From Actinomycetota bacterium (GTDB lineage Bacteria > Actinomycetota > JBBINU01), in assembly GCA_037443725.1 (NCBI GenBank), contig JBBINU010000005.1:45334-109333 (forward strand): DNA of 64,000 nucleotides, given 5' to 3'. The notes under the pieces were generated by a model. That model was not told the origin of the DNA, did no database searches, and saw nothing but the letters and a program-made list of their open reading frames with translations. This document shows positions 37,567-45,482 of this stretch, in pieces. The position numbers were made by a program, and so were the translations under genes. Position 1 is the first letter of the stretch. Each line of letters starts with the position of its first letter.

Positions 37567-37638
37567 ACATTCCGGGGGCGTCCGGGCGGCATCAGGGCGG
37601 GAAGAAGGGGTGCGCCCTTGGAAGGGAAAGGGGGAAAC

Positions 37639-38670
37639 ATGGTCGTGGTGATGCAGCCCGGAGCAGGAGATGAGGATATCGCCCGTGTCGTGAGAACCGT
37701 TGAGGAAGCTGGCGGTGAGGCCTTCGTCTCCCGCGGTAAGCAGAGGACCATCATAGGACTGGTGGGCGAGACCCAGACCTTTCTCTCCCTGCCTCTCCAG
37801 GCCCTTCCCGGGGTCGAGAGCGTGGTCCAGATAGGGCGGCCGTACAAGCTGGTGAGCGCCGAGTCGCACCCCGAGCCCAGCAGCATCCACGTCGGAGGGG
37901 TTGAGATCGGAAGACGGGGCTTCACCCTCATCCTCGGTCCCTGTGCCGTGGAGTCCGCCGAGCAGACCCTGGAGAGCGCCCGGATGGCCAAGGAGGCCGG
38001 AGCCCACATCCTGAGGGGTGGCGCATACAAGCCCCGCACCTCACCCTACACTTTCCAGGGTCTCGGACGGGACGGCCTTGAGATCCTCGCCGCAGCCAGG
38101 GAGGAGACGGGACTCCCCTTTGTCACTGAGGTTCTCGAGACAAGGGATGTAGAGCTCGTTGCAAGCTACGCCGACATGCTCCAGGTGGGGGCCAGGAACA
38201 TGCAGAACTTCAGCCTTCTCAAGGAAGTGGGGCGGTCCGGGAAGCCCGTCCTGCTGAAAAGGGGGTTCTCCAACACCATCGAGGAGTGGCTGCTGGCCGC
38301 CGAATACATAGCGCAGCAGGGGAACCTCCAGATCGTCCTCTGCGAGAGGGGGATCAGGACCTTCGAACCCTCCACCAGGAACACCCTGGACATTTCCGCG
38401 GTGCCGGTGGCCCAGTCCCTCTCTCATCTGCCTGTGGTGGTGGACCCTTCCCACGCTTCAGGGAAGAGGGCCTTGGTGCCGCCTCTGGCGCGGGCGGCGG
38501 TGGCCGCCGGAGCAGACGGGGTGATGATAGACATCCACCCCGAGCCAACCCGAGCCCTGGTGGATGGGGCGCAGGCCCTCAGCGGGGAGGAGGCCAAGAG
38601 GCTCGCCCAGGACCTCCAGCTCCTCGCCGCCCTCCTCGGCCGGAGCACGGAGACGAGGGTGAGGGCCTAA
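37639..38670 (+). CDS. aroG: 3-deoxy-7-phosphoheptulonate (DAHP) synthase, type I-beta with N-terminal regulatory domain
   Basis: Strong RBS GGAAGGGAAAGGGGGAAAC before ATG. KPRTSP, LPFVTEV, GARNMQNF, VVDPSH motifs. N-terminal ~60-aa ferredoxin-like domain. Confidence 0.85.
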   Translation: MVVVMQPGAGDEDIARVVRTVEEAGGEAFVSRGKQRTIIGLVGETQTFLSLPLQALPGVESVVQIGRPYKLVSAESHPEPSSIHVGGVEIGRRGFTLILGPCAVESAEQTLESARMAKEAGAHILRGGAYKPRTSPYTFQGLGRDGLEILAAAREETGLPFVTEVLETRDVELVASYADMLQVGARNMQNFSLLKEVGRSGKPVLLKRGFSNTIEEWLLAAEYIAQQGNLQIVLCERGIRTFEPSTRNTLDISAVPVAQSLSHLPVVVDPSHASGKRALVPPLARAAVAAGADGVMIDIHPEPTRALVDGAQALSGEEAKRLAQDLQLLAALLGRSTETRVRA

Positions 38671-40118
38671 AGGTCTTCCCGCCCAGGGGCGGCTCCCCCC
38701 CTAGGCGCCGGGGCCGCGCCCTCCGGGAAGGTCGGCGCCTCCCCCGCCCTCGGGGAACCGAGGAGGTCAAGGAGGACAAACTCGGTGTCCGCCCCCGCCG
38801 GCCGACACACCCACTTCAGCCTCGGGGGCGTCTCACTCATCTTGGCCGGAAGCCCTGGGAGAAGGAGCTCCCCGTAGGTGGGGTCCGTCACGCGCAGGAG
38901 GGCTCCCCGCTCGTACCAGTGGGAAAGGCGGGAGGTCTCCATGGGCGTGAGGACCTCTCCGCAGACGGTGACCCCCGGGCCCCGATAGGCGTTCCAGATA
39001 GCCACCAGCTCCTCCCTGGTCCTCTCCATGGTGAACTTCTCTATCTCCCTCACGATCTCTACGACGGCCGCGGGGTCCGTCCGGGAAGACACCGTGGGAA
39101 ACCGGTCCACCAGGTCCGGCCGGCCGATTATCTCGCACAGAGCCTTCCAGTTGGCATCTGTGTAGCCGGCGAGGAAGACCATCCCGTCCTTACACCTGAC
39201 GTAGCAGTACGGATGGGCGGCGGGCTCCACATTCCCCGGTCTCTCCATCACCTCCCCCGAGATGTGGTAGTAGGGGAGGGCATAGTTGTTCAGGCACATA
39301 AGGGCCTCGGCAGGGCTCAAGTCTATGGCCTGCCCCTCCCTGCTCTCCTCGCGCCAGAGGAGGGCAGCCATCACCGCCAGGGCGCCGAAGACCCCGCCCG
39401 CGTACCAGGCGAGCCAGTTTCCCATCCTCGTGGGCACCCTCGCTTCCTCGGGAAACTCGGTGTACTCTGCGGGGAGGCCCGTGGTGTGAACGAAGCCGCT
39501 GGCGGCCTGGGTCACGGTGTCGCTGCAACTCCATCCGGCCCGCCCAGCAACCTCCGCCAGAGGACCCTCCTGGCCGAAGGTGTGCAGCGAGAGGTAGATG
39601 AGCCCGGGGTTTAGCGCCTTGAGATCCTCGTAGCCGAGCCCCCGCGAGGCCATGCTCCCGGGAGGTTCCGTCTCCACCAGCACGTCCGCCCGGGCCGAGA
39701 GGGCGCGGAGGGTCGCCCGATCCCTTTCCTCCTCAAGGTCAAGAACGATATGCTCCTTGTTCCTCCCCTCCACCAGGTAAGCGAGCCCCGTCCCCCCCAC
39801 CTCCATCCCCTCGGGGCTGAAGAAACGGGCCGGGTCGCCCCCGGGAGGCTCGACCCTCACCACTCTCGCCCCGAACTCCGCCAGGAGACTGGAGCAGAAA
39901 AGGCCCGCGTAGCTCGAGCGGGAGACATCAAGCACGAGGATTCCCTCGAGGGCCTCGGGCTTCTCCCGCGCTGCCTGGGGAGCTGTGGCCTCCCGGGCCC
40001 AGTCCGACCAGCTCACCTCTGACCCTCCTCCAGAACCTCCGTGCCCTCCCGGAAGAAAAGCCCCCTCTTCCCATCCCAGTCCGGAGGGGGCGAAGCGAAG
40101 GGGAGTGCCGGATCCCAC
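38667..40118 (-). CDS. CoA-transferase family III (CaiB/BaiF-like)
   Basis: GILVLDVSRSSYAGLFCSSLLAEFGARVVRVEPPGGD signature. 5' end overlaps the next gene, so the true start is probably an internal GTG. Confidence 0.8.
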   Translation of the reverse strand: MGSGTPLRFAPSGLGWEEGAFLPGGHGGSGGGSEVSWSDWAREATAPQAAREKPEALEGILVLDVSRSSYAGLFCSSLLAEFGARVVRVEPPGGDPARFFSPEGMEVGGTGLAYLVEGRNKEHIVLDLEEERDRATLRALSARADVLVETEPPGSMASRGLGYEDLKALNPGLIYLSLHTFGQEGPLAEVAGRAGWSCSDTVTQAASGFVHTTGLPAEYTEFPEEARVPTRMGNWLAWYAGGVFGALAVMAALLWREESREGQAIDLSPAEALMCLNNYALPYYHISGEVMERPGNVEPAAHPYCYVRCKDGMVFLAGYTDANWKALCEIIGRPDLVDRFPTVSSRTDPAAVVEIVREIEKFTMERTREELVAIWNAYRGPGVTVCGEVLTPMETSRLSHWYERGALLRVTDPTYGELLLPGLPAKMSETPPRLKWVCRPAGADTEFVLLDLLGSPRAGEAPTFPEGAAPAPRGGAAPGREDL

Positions 40119-41335
40119 CTACCCACCACACCCTCCCGGTACAGCTCATCCACCTCCTGGGGGGAAAGGCCCAGAATCTTTCGCAGGACGTACTCGTTGT
40201 CGAAGCCGACGGGCCTTATCGACCAACGGATCCTGCCAGGGGTGGCCCCGAGCCTGAGAGCAAAGGGAAGGACGAGATCGCCCCAGAGGGGGTCCTCGAA
40301 GAACCAGACCGCCCTCCTGGATCTAAGGTGCTCGCTGGAGTGGAGGTCCCGGGCATCCATGACCTTGGATACGGAGAAGCCGTGCTGCCGCGCTGCGGCT
40401 TCCAGCTCGGCCAGGGTTCTCCGCCGGGCCCAGTCTTCAAGGCCCTCGTATATGAGGTGAGCCTTGGCTGTTCTCAGCCGGTAAGGTGCCAGGGGCAGGA
40501 GGTCCTCCCTGCCCATGGCACGGCAGAGGCCCTGGAACTCCTTCTCCTCCAGGGCACCCACGGCCACGAAGGCATCGGCCGCTCGCACCACGGCCCCCAC
40601 CACGGCAGCCAGGTCGCGATTGCCAGATCTCGCCCGGTTCCTGCCCGTGAGGCCAAGGAATGGCCAGGTCCAGTCCATGCAGCGGAGGAGGACCTCGGTC
40701 TGGGCAAGATCGATGAACTGACCCTTACCCGTCCGCCTCCTCCACACCAGGGCCACCAGAGCAACAAAGGCAGCATAGGTTCCCGCAAGGAAATCCCCTA
40801 TCCAGGCCGAGGACTTGACACCGACGGCTCCGGGAAACCCTGTGATCTCGGCGAGCCCCGTCACCCCCTGGGCGTAAGCGTCGTAACTCGGCCGGTCCGA
40901 AAGGGGACCCCAGTTCCCGAAGCCGCTCATGCTCACGTAGATGAGGTCGGGACGGACGGCCCGGAGCTGCCGGTAGCCGATGCCCCACGAGTCAAAGGTT
41001 CCCGGCTTGAAGTTTTCGAGCAGAATGTCGGAGCGGAGGGCGAGCCTCCGCACCAGGTTCACGCCCTCGGGCTTCCGGAGATCGATGGCGACGAAGTACT
41101 TGTTGGCGTTGGCGCAGAGAAGCCCGGAGGAGATGTTCCGTGGGAGCTTCCCCCGGGGGGCCACCGGCCTCACCAGCACGTCCCCGGCGCCCGGAAGCTC
41201 CACATGGATCACCTCCGCCCCGAGCTCGGCGAGGAGGGTCCCGGCCCACGGGCCGTAGATGACCCTGGTGATGTCGAGAACCCGAACGCCCCGCAGGGCT
41301 TCGGGCCGCACCGTCTCTCCGCCTGGCTCCGACAT
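40013..41335 (-). CDS. CoA-transferase family III (CaiB/BaiF-like), paralog
   Basis: VRVLDITRVIYGPWAGTLLAELGAEVIHVELPGAGD signature. Confidence 0.8.
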   Translation of the reverse strand: MSEPGGETVRPEALRGVRVLDITRVIYGPWAGTLLAELGAEVIHVELPGAGDVLVRPVAPRGKLPRNISSGLLCANANKYFVAIDLRKPEGVNLVRRLALRSDILLENFKPGTFDSWGIGYRQLRAVRPDLIYVSMSGFGNWGPLSDRPSYDAYAQGVTGLAEITGFPGAVGVKSSAWIGDFLAGTYAAFVALVALVWRRRTGKGQFIDLAQTEVLLRCMDWTWPFLGLTGRNRARSGNRDLAAVVGAVVRAADAFVAVGALEEKEFQGLCRAMGREDLLPLAPYRLRTAKAHLIYEGLEDWARRRTLAELEAAARQHGFSVSKVMDARDLHSSEHLRSRRAVWFFEDPLWGDLVLPFALRLGATPGRIRWSIRPVGFDNEYVLRKILGLSPQEVDELYREGVVGRWDPALPFASPPPDWDGKRGLFFREGTEVLEEGQR

Positions 41336-41388
41336 AGGCCCCGTCCCGCCCCCGGTGCTGGTGTTTGTAGCAACCCCACGCCGTCAAG

Positions 41389-41802
41389 TCAACGGATGGA
41401 ACCACCCTCTTCCAGCACCTCCTGGGGAAGGAGAATAAGGGGAGCCATGCCGCACACCTGCGGGAACCGGTGGGGGTTGTAGGTGAGAAGGGGCAGGGAA
41501 CCAAGGAGGGCGGTGGCCGCCGTTGCCGCGTCCACCAGGTCCACGCGATACCCCTCCGCCCAGGCCGCCCGGAGGTACCGGGCAGCCAGCCTTGCCTCCT
41601 CCCCGCCGACGGGGAGAACACCGAGCCTGGCGAGGAGGGATGCCGCCTCCCCCCTCTCCCTCTCCTCCACCGCCCTCTCCACCTCGAGGAGGGCCAGAGC
41701 GCTCACTGCGGGCTCCAGCCCGGGGTGAAGGAGGATCTCCCTCGCCCTCCCCCTTCCCCGCACCCCCCAGAGGACGGAGATCCAGTCGAGAAGGACCTTC
41801 AT
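41389..41802 (-). CDS. vapC: PIN-domain protein (VapC-like toxin)
   Basis: KVLLD (N-terminal Asp), E in LEVE, DLVDAATAATA, TYNPHRF. No adjacent antitoxin ORF. Confidence 0.65.
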   Translation of the reverse strand: MKVLLDWISVLWGVRGRGRAREILLHPGLEPAVSALALLEVERAVEERERGEAASLLARLGVLPVGGEEARLAARYLRAAWAEGYRVDLVDAATAATALLGSLPLLTYNPHRFPQVCGMAPLILLPQEVLEEGGSIR

Positions 41803-41810
41803 TCAAAAAA

Positions 41811-41842
41811 CCCAAACCCCGGCACCTGTAGGGCCGGGCCCG
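41811..41842 (-). terminator. Hairpin CCCGGC-cctacaggt-GCCGGG followed by GTTTGGGTTTTTT, downstream of the hydrolase gene
   Basis: Read on the minus strand. The U-tract ends 3 nt before the vapC ATG. Confidence 0.5.
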
Positions 41843-41885
41843 CCCATACCCTCGCCAGAGTCAGCATCCTAGCTCGGAACGGCGG

Positions 41886-42692
41886 CTACCCCAGGCCCGA
41901 GAGGAACGCTCCCACAGCCTCAGCCCAGGCCTCGGGAGCCTCCAGGGGAGGCAGGTGCCCCGCCCCAGGAATGACCCGGAAAAGGGAGCCCGGGATATTC
42001 TCGGCCATGGCCCGCGCCTGCTCCACCGGAACGAGGGCGTCCTCCGCCCCGTGGATCACCAGGATGGGAACCCCCGCCCTGGCCAGCAGCTCTCTCGAAT
42101 CCGGCCTCGCCGCCATCGCCAAGCTGTCAGCGGCGGCCACCTCCCGGCGGGTCCCTCGGATCATCTCCTCCACCAGCTCCGCCACCTCCCGGGGGGCCTC
42201 GGGGCCGAGCAACCGCGGGGTCATCTCCCTGGCCAGCCCCTCCATCCCCTCCGCCATGACCCTTTCCGCCACTGCCCTTCTGGCCTCTACCCCCTCGGGA
42301 GGGTCAGCCGTGGCGCGGGTGCTCGCGAGAATGAGAGAGCGCACCCTCTCCGGGTAGCTCCTGAGAAAGGCCATGGCCACATACCCGCCCATGGAGAGCC
42401 CGCATAGATCAATCCCGTCGAGGCCGAGGAAGTCCATGAGGTCGGCGAGGTCGCGGGCGAAGAGCTCCATGCTGAAAGAGGGCGGGGAGACACCCGGAGG
42501 AACGCTGCTCTCGCCATGCCCCCTGAGGTCGACGGCGATGACCCTCCTCCCCCTTCCCAGGAGAGAAAGCTGCTTCGCCCACATTCTCCGGTTCAGCGGA
42601 AACCCGTGGACGAGGAGGAGGGGGAACCCGGAACCCGCCTCCTCGTAGGCGAGGAGGGCCCCATCGCGGCTGCGAACTGTGCCTCTGGCCAC
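41886..42692 (-). CDS. Alpha/beta-fold hydrolase
   Basis: LLLVHGFPLNRRMW, GLSMGGYVA nucleophile elbow. Confidence 0.75.
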   Translation of the reverse strand: MARGTVRSRDGALLAYEEAGSGFPLLLVHGFPLNRRMWAKQLSLLGRGRRVIAVDLRGHGESSVPPGVSPPSFSMELFARDLADLMDFLGLDGIDLCGLSMGGYVAMAFLRSYPERVRSLILASTRATADPPEGVEARRAVAERVMAEGMEGLAREMTPRLLGPEAPREVAELVEEMIRGTRREVAAADSLAMAARPDSRELLARAGVPILVIHGAEDALVPVEQARAMAENIPGSLFRVIPGAGHLPPLEAPEAWAEAVGAFLSGLG

Positions 42693-42773
42693 GAAGGGAT
42701 GTTAGACGCAAGGGGCCCTAGGCCGCCACCGGCCACCGGAAACCGTCCGGGCTGTGGGATGCCAGAGGGCTCG

Positions 42774-43943
42774 CTAGCAGTGGGTGAGGCGGTGGAGGGG
42801 AGTCTTCGTCGGGTCGGGAACGAGATACCAGTAAGCGCGGTTGAAGGCCCACTTGGCGGCGTGCCAGAGGAAGCTAGGCCGGGGCGGCCTGGGAGGGTTC
42901 TCGTAATCGAACTGGAGGATGGTGGCCCTGCCGCCGCCCGTCTCCAGAAAACAAGTGACCTTGCCGGAGTAAATGGCCCTGCCCGGAGTGGGAGCCCTCC
43001 CCTCCACCTCCGCCACGATCTGCTCGGCCACTACGGGCACCTCGAAGTGGGCCGTGGAGCCGCTCTTCGAGATGGGGAGGTTGGTTGCATCCCCAAGGGC
43101 GAACACATTCTCCGCCCCCGCCACCCTGAGGGTGTGCCTGTCCACGGGAACCCATCCCCCATCCTCCCCCAGCCCCGACTTCTCCACCACGGCTGCCCCC
43201 CGGTGGGGAGGGACGAGGACGGCCAGATCGAACGGGAAGACCTCGCCCTCCAGGGAGAGGAGCTCTCCCTTGCTCGCGTCGACGGACTCCACGTTCACGA
43301 AAGTGTGGAGGACTATCCCCTTTGCCTCCATGATGGGCTGAACGAGGCGGGATGCGCTCTCGATGGTGAAGGCCCTGTTAAGAGGGGAGAGGAAGTGGAT
43401 CTCCGTCTTCTCCCTCACTCCCCGCTTCGAAAGATAGTCGTGGAGCATGAGCACAAACTCCACGGGAGCCGGCGGGCACTTGTAAGGTAGGCCCGCCACC
43501 CCCACCACGATCTTGCCCCCCTTGAACCGGCGGAGGGCCTCTCGCAGTCGCTGGGCGCCGTCCAGGGAGTAGAAGTCGTGGGCACCCTCGGAAAGCCCCG
43601 GGACCTCCTCCCTTACGATCCGGGAACCCGTGGCCAGCACGAGGTAGTCATAGGGAAGGGAACCGCCCCTGGCCAGCCTCACCAGCCCGGCGGAGGCATC
43701 CACATGGACCGCCTCCTCCACCACCAGCTCGACCTCCTTCCGGAGGAGGCGGCGCTCGTCCCGGGTGAGCCACCGGGCATCCGCCTCGTCCAGAGCGACG
43801 TAGAGGTAGCCCGGCTGATACACGTGCATACCCGTGGAGTCGACCACCGTCACCTCGGCCCTGCCACGGAGCCGGCAGGCAAGCAGGTTCGCGAGGAGAG
43901 TTCCACCCACACCACCGCCTAGGATGACAACACGGGCAGCCAT
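42774..43943 (-). CDS. FAD-dependent pyridine-nucleotide-disulfide oxidoreductase, sulfide:quinone oxidoreductase-like
   Basis: VVILGGGVGGT FAD motif. KCPPAP and VTCF cysteines positioned like SQR redox cysteines. Adjacent to tusA and dsrE. Confidence 0.65.
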   Translation of the reverse strand: MAARVVILGGGVGGTLLANLLACRLRGRAEVTVVDSTGMHVYQPGYLYVALDEADARWLTRDERRLLRKEVELVVEEAVHVDASAGLVRLARGGSLPYDYLVLATGSRIVREEVPGLSEGAHDFYSLDGAQRLREALRRFKGGKIVVGVAGLPYKCPPAPVEFVLMLHDYLSKRGVREKTEIHFLSPLNRAFTIESASRLVQPIMEAKGIVLHTFVNVESVDASKGELLSLEGEVFPFDLAVLVPPHRGAAVVEKSGLGEDGGWVPVDRHTLRVAGAENVFALGDATNLPISKSGSTAHFEVPVVAEQIVAEVEGRAPTPGRAIYSGKVTCFLETGGGRATILQFDYENPPRPPRPSFLWHAAKWAFNRAYWYLVPDPTKTPLHRLTHC

Positions 43944-43945
43944 GG

Positions 43946-44185
43946 CTACCTCGCCTTCCTCACCACGAACCGGGCGTACCCCTCCTCCTCGACCACGCCC
44001 ACCAGCTCGTGCCCGGCCTTCTCCACCCAGGCCGGTATGTCCTTCTTGGACCCGGTGTCAGAGGAGAGGACCGCTATCACCTGCCCCACCTCTGCCGACC
44101 TCACGGCCCTGATCAGCTCCATGAGGGGTCCAGGGCAGTGGGACCCGCGGGCGTCTATTTCCTTGTCTACCTTGACGTCGATGGC
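43946..44185 (-). CDS. tusA: TusA-like sulfurtransferase
   Basis: 79 aa with the CPGP motif (IDARGSHCPGPLMEL). Confidence 0.75.
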   Translation of the reverse strand, partial: AIDVKVDKEIDARGSHCPGPLMELIRAVRSAEVGQVIAVLSSDTGSKKDIPAWVEKAGHELVGVVEEEGYARFVVRKAR

Positions 44186-44220
44186 CATCTCATCCTCCCT
44201 TCGCCCTCCCGCGAAAGCCC

Positions 44221-44637
44221 TTACACGAACAGAACCTGCCCTCCCTGGGACGTCTCTATAAAGGAGGCCACACCGGTGACCTCGTCCACTACGTCCTCCA
44301 GGTCCTCCATCTTCAGGCCCATGAGGTCCATGGCCATGGCGCAGGCGTACACCTTCACCCTCCCCAGATCCTTCGCCTGACGAAGCACCTCCAACCAGGA
44401 GGGCACCTTCTTCTCCTCCATGAGCTTCGCCAGGTTCGACCCTTCCTGCCCATAATCGGAGGAGATGTGGCGCCACTTCCGGTGGGCGTCCTTGCGGAGC
44501 GCGGCCAGGCCCCAGAAGGTGAAGAAGAGATTGGTCTCGACCCCCATGGCGGCCGCCCCGCTGGCGATGATGGAGACGGCCGCGAGCCGGTCCAGGGTAC
44601 CCGAGAAGACCACCACGGAAAGCTTGGCGGCGGACAT
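44221..44637 (-). CDS. DsrE/DsrF-like sulfur relay family protein
   Basis: 138 aa DsrE-fold. KVYACAMAMD conserved Cys. RBS AAAGGAGG. Confidence 0.7.
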   Translation of the reverse strand: MSAAKLSVVVFSGTLDRLAAVSIIASGAAAMGVETNLFFTFWGLAALRKDAHRKWRHISSDYGQEGSNLAKLMEEKKVPSWLEVLRQAKDLGRVKVYACAMAMDLMGLKMEDLEDVVDEVTGVASFIETSQGGQVLFV

Positions 44638-44668
44638 AGTTCCTCCTTTCGTGATCTCTCTCTCTTGA

Positions 44669-44688
44669 CTTACCGATGCTATGGTAAG
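44669..44688 (-). promoter_or_regulatory. Inverted repeat CTTACC-N8-GGTAAG upstream of the dsrE-tusA-sqr operon (candidate operator)
   Basis: Perfect 6-bp arms, 32-51 nt upstream of the dsrE start. Confidence 0.4.
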
Positions 44689-44831
44689 GCTCTGGGCGAT
44701 TGCGCGGGAGATTCAAAAGAATCGTTTCTCTTATCCCAAGGGGTGGTCTTCGCCGCTCCCCTTCCGACCGGTCCCCGCCCAAAAGGGTGGGATGAAGACC
44801 CGCGACGCGGGGCCTGAGGCTCCCCGGTCCG

Positions 44832-45482
44832 CTAGGCTCCAGGTCCCTCCCCCTGCCTAGGAGGCAGGAGCCCGTCCTTTACCGCCTTCGCTACTGCCTC
44901 CGCCCGCGTCCTCGCCTGGAGCTTGGCCATGATGTTCCGGAGGTGATACTTGACAGTGTTCTCGGAAATGAAAAGGCGCCTCGCTATCTCGGGGTTTCTG
45001 GCTCCTTCAGCCACCAGGGCCAGGACCTTCCTCTCGGCCTCGGTCAGCCCTCCCCTCTCTCTCGGCCCCCGGACAAATTCCTCGAGAAGTCTCCCGGCCA
45101 GAGCCCTGGAGACGGCCACCTGCCCGGTGGCCACAGCCTCGAGGAGCTCGAAGAACTCCTCGGCCCTGGCGTTCTTGGATATGTATCCCTTCGCCCCAGC
45201 CCTCACGGCTTCCACCAGGGCCTCCTCATCCTCGACCACGGAGAGCATCACCACCTTAAGATCCGGGTGCGTCTCGAGGAGCTGACGGACGGCCTCGATT
45301 CCCCCCATCCCCGGCATCTTCACGTCCATGAGAACCACATCCGGCCGGGCCTGCGGGACCAGTTCCAGAGCCTCCTCGCCGGTGGAGGCTTCTCCCACCA
45401 CCTGGTACCCCTCTCTGGTCTCGAGAAGACTGGCGATGCCCCGTCTCACCAGAACGTGGTCGTCTACGATGAAAACCCTCAT
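44832..45482 (-). CDS. NarL/LuxR-family response regulator
   Basis: Receiver domain (DDH...D...K) plus LuxR HTH (LTEAERKVLALVAEGARNPEIARRLFISENTVKYHL). Confidence 0.85.
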   Translation of the reverse strand: MRVFIVDDHVLVRRGIASLLETREGYQVVGEASTGEEALELVPQARPDVVLMDVKMPGMGGIEAVRQLLETHPDLKVVMLSVVEDEEALVEAVRAGAKGYISKNARAEEFFELLEAVATGQVAVSRALAGRLLEEFVRGPRERGGLTEAERKVLALVAEGARNPEIARRLFISENTVKYHLRNIMAKLQARTRAEAVAKAVKDGLLPPRQGEGPGA

